Below are positions 19,547-30,438 of a stretch of DNA of 64,000 bases, in pieces. The position numbers and the translations under genes were made by a program. The notes under the pieces were generated by a model. The model was not told where the DNA came from. It ran no database searches and saw only the letters and a program-made list of their open reading frames with translations. Each line of letters starts with the position of its first letter. The first letter of the stretch is position 1. The DNA lies in assembly GCA_017547655.1 (NCBI GenBank), contig JAFYPF010000027.1:9356-73355 (forward strand), written 5' to 3'. The stretch is from Clostridia bacterium (lineage in GTDB: Bacteria > Bacillota > Clostridia > Oscillospirales > CAG-272).

Positions 19547-21238
19547 GTGAATGCGCAGATGCTTTCATCGTTACATATAGAAAATATTGCTGTTATACGA
19601 AGCGCAGATATTGATATAGGCAAAGGCTTTACCGTTCTTACGGGCGAGACCGGTGCGGGAAAATCAATTATAATAGACTCTATTAACTTTCTTATGGGAA
19701 ATCGCACGGGGAAAGAGCTTATAAGAAACGGGGAAGACAGTGCGCTTGTTTCTGCGGTGTTTACGGAGATACCGCAAAATGTACTTGATAGATTTTCGGA
19801 GCTTGGATTTTCTGCAGACGAAAACGGAGAGATGTTTTTGCAGAGAACGCTTAATATAGACGGTAAATCACAAGTTAAGATTAACGGCAGAGCATGTACG
19901 GCGTCGATTTTAAAAGATGTAGCGGGTATGCTTATAAATATACACGGTCAACATGACAGTAAATATCTTCTTGAAAATAAGTATCATATAGATATTCTCG
20001 ATTCATTTGCTGAAAATGAAAAATATCTTACAGAATACAAAGAGTATTATGATAAAATGAATGAAGTCGCTTTGAAGATAAAGGAGATTCAGATAAGCGA
20101 GGGAGAGAAAGAAAGACTTACGGAGATACTTACGTATCAAATTAAAGATATTGATAACGCAAAACTGAAAAAAGGCGAAGAAGAGCAGCTTTTGGCAAGA
20201 GAAAGCGTTTTGAGAAACAGTGAAAATATTTCAAAGCAGATAAGATTTTGTTATAAAGCGCTTTACTCGAACGATAAAGGTGTTACGGCATCGACGTTGG
20301 CGCGAAAATCAGCAGATGCTTTAAAATCGGTGTCAGATATGATTCCCGATTTTAAAGAGATGTCGGAGAAACTTAATAATTTTGCTTATGAGATGGAAGA
20401 GATAGCTATAAGTGCAAAGGAATGTGTTGGTGATATAAGCCTCGATCCGCTTCTTGAATTAAATGAAGTTCAGTCTCGTTTGGACGTTATTTATAAGTTA
20501 AAGAGAAAGTACGGAAGCACAGTAGAAGAGATACTTGAATACAGAGATAAACGCGCTGAAGAACTTGATAACATAACCCGAAGCGAAGAGAAGACGGAAG
20601 AGCTGCATAGGGAATATAACGAACATAGACAAAAGGCAGAAAAAATATCAAATGTTATAACCCGAAACAGAATTAGAGCAGCGGAAATGCTCGAGACTGC
20701 GGTGTGCGAATGTTTGACTTTTCTTGAAATGCCAAAGGTTAAGTTTAAAGTTTTGGTTGAGGATTGCGGTAGATTTACGTCTAAAGGCAGAGATGAGGTT
20801 GTTTTTATGCTATCCGCTAATCCGGGCGAACCGTTGAAGCCGCTGTCGAAAATCGCATCGGGCGGAGAGCTTTCAAGAATTATGCTCGCAATAAAGAGTG
20901 TATTAAGAGAGAAAGAGAGCACGGGAACGGTGGTTTTTGATGAGGTTGACTCGGGTGTATCGGGAAAGACTTCTCAAAAAATCGGAATTAAATTAAAGCA
21001 AACCGCCGAAAGCTGTCAGGTTGTTTGCATAACCCACTCGGCGCAAATAGCCGCATTGGCTGATGAGCACTTATATATTTTAAAGAGAGAACGCAACGGA
21101 AGAGTGGAGACGGAGGTTAAACTTCTGGATTATGAAGCTCGTATAAGAGAGATTGCAAGGATAATGGGCGGTCAGGATATAACCGAGGTTTTACTGACAG
21201 GCGCAAAGGAGTTAATTGATACCTCCAAAAAATATTAA
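19547..21238 (+). CDS. recN: DNA repair protein RecN
   Basis: TGETGAGKS, IHGQH, ASGGELSR, FDEVDSG. Confidence 0.95.
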   Translation: MNAQMLSSLHIENIAVIRSADIDIGKGFTVLTGETGAGKSIIIDSINFLMGNRTGKELIRNGEDSALVSAVFTEIPQNVLDRFSELGFSADENGEMFLQRTLNIDGKSQVKINGRACTASILKDVAGMLINIHGQHDSKYLLENKYHIDILDSFAENEKYLTEYKEYYDKMNEVALKIKEIQISEGEKERLTEILTYQIKDIDNAKLKKGEEEQLLARESVLRNSENISKQIRFCYKALYSNDKGVTASTLARKSADALKSVSDMIPDFKEMSEKLNNFAYEMEEIAISAKECVGDISLDPLLELNEVQSRLDVIYKLKRKYGSTVEEILEYRDKRAEELDNITRSEEKTEELHREYNEHRQKAEKISNVITRNRIRAAEMLETAVCECLTFLEMPKVKFKVLVEDCGRFTSKGRDEVVFMLSANPGEPLKPLSKIASGGELSRIMLAIKSVLREKESTGTVVFDEVDSGVSGKTSQKIGIKLKQTAESCQVVCITHSAQIAALADEHLYILKRERNGRVETEVKLLDYEARIREIARIMGGQDITEVLLTGAKELIDTSKKY

Positions 21239-21315
21239 ATTATGTGAATTTTGCTTAATATGCGACATATAATGATTGTATATTGATTTTTCACAAGAAA
21301 AAAAGGGGAATTACT

Positions 21316-22224
21316 ATGTTTGAATGTTCTAATTTAGAGCAATTTATGAAAGAATGCGCATCCCTTGATTTTGAAAAGAACGTTTCACTTGCTGAACATT
21401 CGACTATCAAAGTCGGCGGATATGCAGATTATGTGGCATATCCAAAAACAGAAAGCGCATTGTGTGCGCTTGTTGACTACCTCAATGAGGAGAAAATAAA
21501 ATACTCTGTTGTCGGAAACGGAAGCAATTTGATATTTGATGACGAGGGATACAGAGGTGTTGTTGTAATAACTAACCAACTTAAGAAGATAAGGAAAGTA
21601 AGAAATACATTGTATGCGGAGTGCGGTGTATCGTTGACCGCTTTGGCGGTGTATGCTCAAAAGCACGGATTGTCGGGACTTGAGTTTGCATACGGTATTC
21701 CCGGAACCATAGGTGGCGCCGTATATATGAATGCGGGAGCGTACGGAGGCGAGATTAAGGATGTTTTGCAGAAGAGCGCATATTTTGATCCGAGCATATC
21801 AAAGAGATGTGAATTATATAATGCAGGTCATAGGTTTGGTTATAGAGAAAGTGTTTATGAAACCAATAATAACGTTATTCTTTCTGCCGTTTTTGAGTTG
21901 AAACAGAGGGATCCTAATGAAATCAAGGTTGAAATGGACGGATATATGGCTGCAAGAAAAGAGAAACAGCCTCTTGATTATCCGAGTGCGGGAAGTACGT
22001 TTAAAAGGTGTGAGGGGCATTATACTGCTCAAATGATTGACCGTGCCGGATTAAAGGGATTTTCTGTCGGAGGTGCTCAAGTGTCGGAGAAGCACGCAGG
22101 ATTTGTTATAAATAAGGGTAATGCGACCTCAAAGGATATTAAAGATCTTATCTCTATAATAAAGCAAAGAGTTAAAGAGAAGTTCGATGTAGATATTCAA
22201 GAGGAAGTTAAATATATTGACTGA
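21316..22224 (+). CDS. murB: UDP-N-acetylmuramate dehydrogenase
   Basis: GNGSNL, GIPGTIGGAVYMNAGAYG, PSAGSTFKR, SEKHAGF. Confidence 0.95.
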   Translation: MFECSNLEQFMKECASLDFEKNVSLAEHSTIKVGGYADYVAYPKTESALCALVDYLNEEKIKYSVVGNGSNLIFDDEGYRGVVVITNQLKKIRKVRNTLYAECGVSLTALAVYAQKHGLSGLEFAYGIPGTIGGAVYMNAGAYGGEIKDVLQKSAYFDPSISKRCELYNAGHRFGYRESVYETNNNVILSAVFELKQRDPNEIKVEMDGYMAARKEKQPLDYPSAGSTFKRCEGHYTAQMIDRAGLKGFSVGGAQVSEKHAGFVINKGNATSKDIKDLISIIKQRVKEKFDVDIQEEVKYID

Positions 22225-22255
22225 TAAGAACAGTAAAAAAATAGGGTAAAATTTT

Positions 22256-23116
22256 ATGGAATTTGTTATTTTAACGGGAATGTCGGGATCGGGAAAATCA
22301 TGCGCGGCGAACACCTTGGAGGACATGGGCTATCTTTGTATAGATAATATGCCCGTTGCTTTTATTCCGAAGTTTGCCGAGATGTATAATCAGACTCCTA
22401 ATAAAAACTCTAAAGTAGCTTTTGTTATAGACGTTAGAGGTGAAATAGAATTTGAAACGCTTATATCGGAGCTTGACGAGTTGAAAAAAAGGGGTTATAG
22501 TTGCACGACGGTTTTTATTGACTGTGATGACGCTATACTTGTAAACAGATATAAAGAAAGCCGAAGAATACATCCGCTTGTTCCCATTAAAAACGTTGGT
22601 ACAAACGGAGCTATTGAGCTTGAAAGAAATATGTTGGCACCTATAAAGGAATATGCCGACTATATTATAGATACGTCATATCTTACAGTAAGACAGTTTA
22701 GAGATAAGATATTGGCGATTTATACGAACAACACAAAAAAAGAGTTAGTTGTAACATGTATGTCTTTTGGATTTAAAAACGGTATTGTATCTGATGCAGA
22801 TCTTGTTTTTGACGTCAGATGTTTTCCGAATCCGTTTTATTTGCCCGAACTGAAAGATAAGACAGGGTTGGACAGTGAAGTTAGAAAATATGTTTTTTCA
22901 AACGGAGAAGCGGAGAAATTTTTGGATAAGCTTTATGATATGCTTGATTATATGATTCCGTTATATGAAAAAGAAGGTAAGTCACAGCTTACGGTTGCTG
23001 TTGGTTGTACCGGCGGAAAGCATAGATCCGTAGCGATTGCAGAAGAGCTTTGTTCTTATTTGAAGAAAAGACACAAGACTGTATTAGTTCACAGAGATAT
23101 TGATAAATTATATTGA
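22256..23116 (+). CDS. rapZ: RNase adapter RapZ/YvcJ P-loop protein
   Basis: TGMSGSGKS, SFGFK, FDVRCFPNP, GCTGGKHRSV. Confidence 0.93.
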   Translation: MEFVILTGMSGSGKSCAANTLEDMGYLCIDNMPVAFIPKFAEMYNQTPNKNSKVAFVIDVRGEIEFETLISELDELKKRGYSCTTVFIDCDDAILVNRYKESRRIHPLVPIKNVGTNGAIELERNMLAPIKEYADYIIDTSYLTVRQFRDKILAIYTNNTKKELVVTCMSFGFKNGIVSDADLVFDVRCFPNPFYLPELKDKTGLDSEVRKYVFSNGEAEKFLDKLYDMLDYMIPLYEKEGKSQLTVAVGCTGGKHRSVAIAEELCSYLKKRHKTVLVHRDIDKLY

Positions 23117-23129
23117 TTTGGAGATATTG

Positions 23130-23882
23130 ATGTCATATTCAAGCCAACTTAAGAAGAACTTAAAAGAAATAAGTATGAAAAAGAAGTGCTGCAGAAGAGC
23201 ATTCTTTTATGGAGAGCTTTTGTTTACTCCCGAAAAAAAGCGTCAGGAAAATGCCGATTTGACTAAATACGGCTATGATGATACCACAAAATCAGACTGT
23301 ATATTATACGGTGATTTTAAGTGTTCGTCGTGTAAAAGCAGTTTTTTGCGAGGCGTTTTTTGTGCTGCGGGAACTGTTTCTGATCCCGAAAAATCTTTTC
23401 ACCTTGAGATAAAAACGAAAGATAAACAGCTTGCGGATTCGTTGTATGAATTTATTTCAGAAAATTGTCTTGAGATGAAGAGGACGACCAGAGGGGAAAG
23501 TTTTTGCCTTTATTTAAAAAAAGGTTATGATATTGAAGATTTGATGCATTATATGGGCTCAAGCCGCGAGGCGTTTGAGCTTGCAAATGAAAAAATAAAA
23601 CGAAATATATCTAACCAGGCAAACAGAAGAAGCAATTTTGAGGTAGTGAATATCAAAAAGACTGTTGATGCGGCACAGGAATCGGTTGATGCGATAAACA
23701 AACTGATAAAGAAAGGGAAGTTGACCGAGTTACCGCGCGGATTTGAGGAGACGGCAAAACTTCGGGTGGATAACCCGTTTGCAAGTCTTGAGGAGCTTGC
23801 GGAAATGCATACTGATAGAATTTCAAAATCGGGTGTTAATCATAGGCTTAAAAAGATGACTATGATGGCTGATGAATTATAA
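23130..23882 (+). CDS. whiA: DNA-binding protein WhiA (short)
   Basis: FLRGVF.AAG.V.DP, HLEI, NR..N.E..N..KT..AA, SKSGVNHRL. Confidence 0.85.
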   Translation: MSYSSQLKKNLKEISMKKKCCRRAFFYGELLFTPEKKRQENADLTKYGYDDTTKSDCILYGDFKCSSCKSSFLRGVFCAAGTVSDPEKSFHLEIKTKDKQLADSLYEFISENCLEMKRTTRGESFCLYLKKGYDIEDLMHYMGSSREAFELANEKIKRNISNQANRRSNFEVVNIKKTVDAAQESVDAINKLIKKGKLTELPRGFEETAKLRVDNPFASLEELAEMHTDRISKSGVNHRLKKMTMMADEL

Positions 23883-23904
23883 AAAAGGAGAAAGTGAGTA
23901 AGGT

Positions 23905-26900
23905 ATGAGCGGATTTGTTCATTTACATTTGCATACGGAATATAGTCTGCTCGACGGTGCTTGCAGAATCTCGGATATTCCAAAAATCGCAAAAGAGATG
24001 GGGCATAACGCCGTTGCGATTACAGACCACGGCGCGATGTACGGTGTTGTTGATTTTTATAAGGCGTGTAAAGCTAATGGTATAAAACCGATAATCGGTT
24101 GTGAGGTCTACGTTGCCTCGCGAACTCGTTTTGACAAGGAATACGGAACTGATAGCGGTTATAATCATTTGATACTTCTTGTAAAGAATGAAGTTGGATA
24201 CAAGAATCTTATATATATGGTTTCGAAAGCGTTTGAAGAAGGCTTTTATTCGAAGCCGAGGATAGATAATGATTTGCTTGAAGCCCACTCGGAGGGGATT
24301 GTGTGTCTTTCTGCCTGTTTGGCGGGAGCAATTCCGAGAATGATATTAAAAAACGATTATAGCGGCGCATTGGATTATGCCGTAAGGCTCGATAAGCTTT
24401 TTGGACGCGGTAATTTTTATTTAGAGGTACAGAATCACGGTATCGAGGCTGAAAACGAGGTATCCCGAGCGCTGTTAAAAATACATGAAGAGACGGGAAT
24501 TCCCCTTGTAGCGACAAATGACGTTCATTATTTGAGAAGGCAAGATGCTGAAACACAGGCGGTTCTAATGTGTCTTCAGATGAATACTACAATATCCGAG
24601 GGTAGACCGCTTGGTTTTGAGACGGACGAATTTTATTATAAGTCTACCGAGGAAATGGACTCACTTTTTGCTGAATATGAAGAGGCAGTATGCAATACGC
24701 AAAAAATTGCCGATATGTGTGATTTTGATTTTACATTCGGGAATACGTTTTTGCCAAGATATACGACTGAAAACGGAATGACTCCGCAGGAATATCTGCG
24801 TTTTCTGTCGGTTCAGGGCTTTGAGAAAAAGATAAATAACGGACAGATAGTTTTTTCGGACGAGCATACCGAAGTTGAATACCGCGAAAGAATGGAATAC
24901 GAATTATCTGTAATTACAAAGATGGGGTATGCCGAATATTATCTTATAGTTTGGGACTTTGTTAATTATGCTAAAAGTCACGAAATACCCACAGGTCCCG
25001 GAAGAGGCTCCGGTGCGGGAAGTCTTGTAGCATATCTTATCGGGATAACAGAGGTTGATTCGATTAAGCACAGTCTTTTGTTTGAGAGATTTCTTAATCC
25101 CGAAAGGGTTAGTATGCCCGACTTTGATATAGATTTCAGTGATGAAAAACGTGACCTTGTATATGATTACGTATCCCGAAAATACGGAAAAGAACGAGTT
25201 TCTCACATTATTACGTTTGGAACGCTTGCGGCGCGCGCATGTGTTAGAGACGTAGGACGTGCTATGGGGATGTCTTATAACAACGTTGCCCGTGTAGCTG
25301 AAGCTGTGCCGCAGAGGATATCGGTAAAGAGTGAGGACGGCACTACCGAAAATATCAATAAGGTTACTCTTGAGATGGCTTTGAAAACCGAAAAACTAAA
25401 GGAAATGTACGAAAAAGAGCCTGAAACAAGAAGATTGATTGATACGGCAAGAGCGCTTGAGGGTATGCCGAGACACGCATCGACGCACGCAGCGGGCGTA
25501 GTTATTACCGAGAGGGCTGTGTGTGATTATGTTCCTATGGCTGTAACAAAGGGCTCCCTTGTTACACAATTTGATATGAATACGGTTGCTGATTTGGGGC
25601 TGTTGAAGTTTGATTTTTTGGGACTGCGATTTTTGACGGTTATAGAAAATACCGTAAAGGCAATAAAGGAACGGGAGCCCGATTTTGAAATAGATAATAT
25701 TTCTCTTGAGGATAAAGAGACTTTTAGGAATATTTCTGACGGTGAAACAATAGGCTTATTCCAGCTTGAAAGTGCAGGAATGAGAAGTAAGCTTGTTCAA
25801 TTAAAACCCGAAAGCCTGGCTGACATTATGGCGGCAATAGCGCTTTACAGACCGGGACCGATGAACTCGATTGGTAAGTATATAGAGAACAAGAAAAAAC
25901 GTCAAAATATCGATTACAAGATTAAGCTTATTGAGCCCATTTTGCGCGAAACCTTTGGGTGCGTTGTATATCAAGAGCAGGTAATGCAGATATTCAGAAC
26001 GGTTGCCGACTATTCATTCGGACAGGCTGATATAATAAGAAAGGCTATGTCAAAAAAGAAGTCGGGCGTAATCGAAAAAGAAAGAAGTGCGTTTCTTTCG
26101 AAGGCGGTAGAAAAAGGTATAGAGCTTAAAGGGGCTTCAGAACTTTTTGAGGAATTGGTAGGCTTCTGTAAATATGCATTTAACAAGAGCCATGCTGCAT
26201 CATACGCCGTTGTGACGTACAGAACGGCATATCTTAAGACACATTACCCGAAAGAGTATATGGCATCACTTTTAACCTCGGTTATAGGTGATGAGGAGAA
26301 GGTTGTTAACTATGCCGAAGAGTGCAAACGGCTTGGTATAACACTTTTGCCGCCCCATATAAATGAAAGTTGCGGATATTTCAGAGTTGTTGATGGTGAT
26401 TTGAGATTCGCTTTACTTGCGCTGAAAAACGTAGGAAGAACATTTGTTGATGACGTTGTATCGGAAAGGGCGAATGGAAAATTCACCTCTTTTGAAAATT
26501 TTATTAACAGAATGAGAGAGTCTGACTTAAACAAGAGACAGATTGAAGCTTTAATAAAAGTAGGATGCTTTGATTACACGGGTATATACAGATCGCAGCT
26601 TTTGGCTGTTTTTGAGAGTATGATAGACGGAGTTGCTGAATCAAACAGAAGAAACGCCGCAGGACAGCTCGATTTCTTTTCAGTTGATTCCGAAGAGGGG
26701 GACAATTCGGGCGACTTGTACGAATACCCTAAAATAAACGACTTTGATTCAAAAGAGAAGCTTTTATACGAAAAGGAATGTGCCGGATTTTATTTTTCGG
26801 GTAATTTGCTTGACGATTATACAAATCACGAAAAAGCAATAGGTTGCATACCGATAAAATCTATAATTAACTCGTTTGATGTTTCCGATGGAGAAGACAT

Positions 26901-27459
26901 AATAGAGGGAACGGGAGAGTTTAGGGATAGACAAAGGGTGAACGTGTGTGGTATAATTACAAAGGTAGTTGAAAAGTCAACCCGAAAAGGCGATAAGATG
27001 TACTTTGTAACAATAGAAGACAGGACGAAGCCGATAGAGGTTATAGTTTTTTCTTCGGTATTGGAAGAGTACGGATATATGCTGACTCTCGATAATATTA
27101 TTACGTGCTGCGCCGATATATCTGCAAGGGGGGAGAATGAGGTTAAGCTTATTCTTCAAAAGGCGGAAGTGCTGAAGCCTAATTCACAGTTTAAACCTGC
27201 AGATGAAGCTCACGTCAATAAAATTGAGTTAAAAAATAAAGAGAAGACATTGTTTTTGCGTGTGGAAAGCATGGAGAGTGAACAGTTTAAAAGGGCACTT
27301 AATCTTATTGAGATTTTTGAGGGCAGAACGAAAGTTGTGTTTTACGAGACTTCTCAAAAGAATTATATTACTGCAAAAGGGCGTTCGGTTGACCTTTCGG
27401 GTAATATAATACGCTTCTTTATTGAACTTCTCGGCAAGGAAAATGTTATAGTTAAGTAA
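23905..27459 (+). CDS. dnaE: DNA polymerase III alpha subunit
   Basis: PHP domain HLHLHTEYSLLDG, GPGRGSGAGS, PDFDIDF, FNKSH, OB fold. Confidence 0.96.
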   Translation: MSGFVHLHLHTEYSLLDGACRISDIPKIAKEMGHNAVAITDHGAMYGVVDFYKACKANGIKPIIGCEVYVASRTRFDKEYGTDSGYNHLILLVKNEVGYKNLIYMVSKAFEEGFYSKPRIDNDLLEAHSEGIVCLSACLAGAIPRMILKNDYSGALDYAVRLDKLFGRGNFYLEVQNHGIEAENEVSRALLKIHEETGIPLVATNDVHYLRRQDAETQAVLMCLQMNTTISEGRPLGFETDEFYYKSTEEMDSLFAEYEEAVCNTQKIADMCDFDFTFGNTFLPRYTTENGMTPQEYLRFLSVQGFEKKINNGQIVFSDEHTEVEYRERMEYELSVITKMGYAEYYLIVWDFVNYAKSHEIPTGPGRGSGAGSLVAYLIGITEVDSIKHSLLFERFLNPERVSMPDFDIDFSDEKRDLVYDYVSRKYGKERVSHIITFGTLAARACVRDVGRAMGMSYNNVARVAEAVPQRISVKSEDGTTENINKVTLEMALKTEKLKEMYEKEPETRRLIDTARALEGMPRHASTHAAGVVITERAVCDYVPMAVTKGSLVTQFDMNTVADLGLLKFDFLGLRFLTVIENTVKAIKEREPDFEIDNISLEDKETFRNISDGETIGLFQLESAGMRSKLVQLKPESLADIMAAIALYRPGPMNSIGKYIENKKKRQNIDYKIKLIEPILRETFGCVVYQEQVMQIFRTVADYSFGQADIIRKAMSKKKSGVIEKERSAFLSKAVEKGIELKGASELFEELVGFCKYAFNKSHAASYAVVTYRTAYLKTHYPKEYMASLLTSVIGDEEKVVNYAEECKRLGITLLPPHINESCGYFRVVDGDLRFALLALKNVGRTFVDDVVSERANGKFTSFENFINRMRESDLNKRQIEALIKVGCFDYTGIYRSQLLAVFESMIDGVAESNRRNAAGQLDFFSVDSEEGDNSGDLYEYPKINDFDSKEKLLYEKECAGFYFSGNLLDDYTNHEKAIGCIPIKSIINSFDVSDGEDIIEGTGEFRDRQRVNVCGIITKVVEKSTRKGDKMYFVTIEDRTKPIEVIVFSSVLEEYGYMLTLDNIITCCADISARGENEVKLILQKAEVLKPNSQFKPADEAHVNKIELKNKEKTLFLRVESMESEQFKRALNLIEIFEGRTKVVFYETSQKNYITAKGRSVDLSGNIIRFFIELLGKENVIVK

Positions 27460-27566
27460 AAATTTATAAAATTATTTTAGAAATTAACAACAAATTTAAA
27501 AATATGTGCTATAATATAGCACAGTTGGTTAATTGTAATAAACTTACCGTATATTAACGGAGGATT

Positions 27567-30389
27567 GTGATGAATCAAAACAGAGGTACAAGGAGGACTG
27601 GAAAGCCCCCTGTCAGAAAGAATGATGTTTTTGTAAGGAAAAGAAAAATAAAAGAAGAAAAGCCTAAAATTAACGCGCCGAAAGAAAGAAGTATTTTTAA
27701 AAAAATTCTTTCTGGATTTGCAATTTTCATTCTTACTGTTTTTCTTATAGGTTTCATAACAGGCTTGATTGTTGTCGGTGCTTTTGCGATTTATATTAAG
27801 ACGTATATCGATCCTGTAATTGACGATTTTGATACTATATCGACCGAGCAGAAGTTGTCGTCAAAGATTTATTATATGGATTATACGGACAGAGAGAACA
27901 GAGTCGGAACACCGGTTGAACTTGAAGGCGAGACGTTGTACGGTTCTGAAAACAGAATCTGGGTAAGCTTTACCGAGATGCCTACTTATCTGTACGAAGC
28001 TTTTATATCAATTGAGGACCAACGTTATTGGACACACGGCGGCGTTGACTGGAAGAGAACTTTAGGTGCAACGTTTTATTTCTTTACAGGCGGTGACCAT
28101 TACGGCGGATCTACCATAACACAGCAGCTTATTAAGAACTTAACAAACGAAAAGGACGTTACTATTCAGCGTAAGCTTCAAGAGATAATGCGTGCGCTTT
28201 ATCTTAATAAGACCAAGGATAAGACCGAAGTTCTTGAGTTGTATTTGAATACGATATACTTATCTCAAGGATGCTATGGTGTACAAGCTGCGGCTAACGT
28301 ATATTTCGGAAAAGACGTTAGTGAATTGTCTCTTGCGGAATGTGCTGCATTAGCATCCATTACGCAGGCGCCTACAAAATGGGACCCTATCCAAAACCCC
28401 GATAATAATAAAGAGAGAAGAGCAACCGTTCTTTATAAGATGTATGAGCTTGGTAAGATTACTTATACAGAGTATCAAGATGCATTAAATGAAGAGCTTG
28501 TATTGGCAAAGAATACTGCAAACGTTGAGGGTGAGCCTTCGGTAAGCGATGAAGATTACAACACATGGTATACCGATGCTGTAATCAGATCTATCGTAGA
28601 GAGACTTCAAGAAGAGAAGGGTTATCCCGAAAACCTTGCATATAATATGATTTATTCCGGCGGATTGAAAATATATACTGTTCTTGATCCCGATATTCAA
28701 GCGGCGCTTGATTTGGTATATGAAAACGAGACAGAGGTGTTTCAGGATAGTCGACTTCCCGGCGTATTCAAGCCTGAATCATCGATGGTTATAATTCACC
28801 CAACAACAGGTGACGTACTTGGTATTGCGGGCGGACGAGGAAAGAAGCAAGGAAATCTTATTCTCAACTATGCTACTCAAACAACAAGATCTCCCGGTTC
28901 ATCTATTAAACCTCTTACCGTTTATGCTCCTGCGCTTGAAGCGGGCGTTATAACAATGGGCTCTGTATACGATGACGTTCCCGTTAACTTTGATACCGGT
29001 AAATATGTTGATAATGGCGGAAGTGTTACCTATTTTTATGCGGAGACGGGGCAAACCGTTACGAGAAATACGGGTTGGCCGGGCAATCTTCCTGTAAGAT
29101 ATGACGGCAAGACTAACATTGATTATGCCGTATGTGTATCAAAGAATACGATTGCAGTTCGTGTATTGCAGGATTTGACGTGCGAAGCGGCATTTGATTT
29201 TGCAAAAAATAAGCTTCATATGGACAGTATGATTGAAAGATTACAGCTTTCAAACGGCGAATGGATATCCGATAAGGGGTTGGTTGCTCTTGCGATGGGT
29301 GAAATGAACTATGGCGTTACAAACCTTGAAATAACGGCAGCGTATAGTATTTTCACAAATGACGGAACGTATAATCAGCCGAGGCTTTATACCGAAGTGC
29401 TTGACAATGATGACAACCTCATACTTGACGACGGTTGCGAAAGTTCTGTTGTAATAAGCAAGACAAATGCTTCTATTATGACAAGAATGTTGAAAGGCGT
29501 TGTTGACAAGGGTACTGCAAGTGGTTCAATTAAGCTTAAAAGCAGGGTTAACGTAGCCGGAAAAACAGGTACGACGAACGCAGACCACGATAGATGGTTT
29601 ATTGGATATACACCTTATCTTATAGGTGGTGTGTGGTATGGATATGCAGAGCCAGACAGCCTTTCAAAAGTTGTTGGTAACCCTGCCGCAGAGGTTTGGG
29701 ATAGAGTTATGACAATAGCTCACGAAAAGTATTTCAACAATGCTGCTGAATCGGGACAGGGTGTAAAGACGTTCAAGTATTCGAATGAAGTTGCAAGAAC
29801 TGTATGTAAGGATTCGGGCTTGATTTGTACTGCTAACTGCAGTAAGGACCTTAGAGGATCCAGAGGCTTTACGGCGTATTTTGCGCCCGGAACAGAGCCG
29901 AAGACTTACTGCGATAAGCACGTTTTGGTTAAATATGATGAAAAAACAAAATCGGTAGCATGTTCCGGATGTCCGTCCAAGGACGTAATTGAAATAGCGC
30001 TCGTTGATGCGAGTGACAGAAACTTCCCGAGACAGGTTACGGTTGTCGATGCGCAGTATACATGCAGGACACTTAAGGGCGACGTTGTAATGTCGACCAA
30101 TTTGAATGAGCCATATTATGCAACTGCGATGAATGGCAAGTTTGCGGGAACAAGCGGTAATCAGGCGCACGCTAACCACGCTTGCGTTGAGCATTTAAAG
30201 AACCCGTATGTTGAAGAAACGACGATACAGCAGGTTGTTACGACGGCTCCGACCGATAAACCGAAGGATACAGAATCGGGAAGCACATCGAGTGGTACAA
30301 AGCCTGTTTCAACAACGGCACCGGGCGGTCCTCCCGACGATACTGATCAAACAACAGCAAAGACAGATAACAGAGCGACGCCTGATTGA
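27567..30389 (+). CDS. Class A penicillin-binding protein (PBP1A type)
   Basis: TM anchor; glycosyltransferase motifs EDQRY, GSTITQQL, RKLQE; transpeptidase motifs SSIK, SKN, KTGT; Cys-rich and Thr/Pro-rich C-terminus. Confidence 0.93.
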   Translation: MMNQNRGTRRTGKPPVRKNDVFVRKRKIKEEKPKINAPKERSIFKKILSGFAIFILTVFLIGFITGLIVVGAFAIYIKTYIDPVIDDFDTISTEQKLSSKIYYMDYTDRENRVGTPVELEGETLYGSENRIWVSFTEMPTYLYEAFISIEDQRYWTHGGVDWKRTLGATFYFFTGGDHYGGSTITQQLIKNLTNEKDVTIQRKLQEIMRALYLNKTKDKTEVLELYLNTIYLSQGCYGVQAAANVYFGKDVSELSLAECAALASITQAPTKWDPIQNPDNNKERRATVLYKMYELGKITYTEYQDALNEELVLAKNTANVEGEPSVSDEDYNTWYTDAVIRSIVERLQEEKGYPENLAYNMIYSGGLKIYTVLDPDIQAALDLVYENETEVFQDSRLPGVFKPESSMVIIHPTTGDVLGIAGGRGKKQGNLILNYATQTTRSPGSSIKPLTVYAPALEAGVITMGSVYDDVPVNFDTGKYVDNGGSVTYFYAETGQTVTRNTGWPGNLPVRYDGKTNIDYAVCVSKNTIAVRVLQDLTCEAAFDFAKNKLHMDSMIERLQLSNGEWISDKGLVALAMGEMNYGVTNLEITAAYSIFTNDGTYNQPRLYTEVLDNDDNLILDDGCESSVVISKTNASIMTRMLKGVVDKGTASGSIKLKSRVNVAGKTGTTNADHDRWFIGYTPYLIGGVWYGYAEPDSLSKVVGNPAAEVWDRVMTIAHEKYFNNAAESGQGVKTFKYSNEVARTVCKDSGLICTANCSKDLRGSRGFTAYFAPGTEPKTYCDKHVLVKYDEKTKSVACSGCPSKDVIEIALVDASDRNFPRQVTVVDAQYTCRTLKGDVVMSTNLNEPYYATAMNGKFAGTSGNQAHANHACVEHLKNPYVEETTIQQVVTTAPTDKPKDTESGSTSSGTKPVSTTAPGGPPDDTDQTTAKTDNRATPD

Positions 30390-30390
30390 T

Positions 30391-30419
30391 TCATAAAAAT
30401 AAAAATCACCTCATACATT
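30391..30419 (+). promoter_or_regulatory. Putative SigE (mother-cell sporulation) promoter for tspO
   Basis: TCATAAA, 14 bp, CATACATT matches the B. subtilis SigE consensus in sequence and spacing. Confidence 0.5.
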
Positions 30420-30438
30420 TCAATGAGGTGATTTTTTT
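30401..30438 (+). terminator. Terminator after the PBP gene; contains the RBS of the next gene
   Basis: AAAAATCACCTCAT-acatttca-ATGAGGTGATTTTTTT. Confidence 0.8.
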
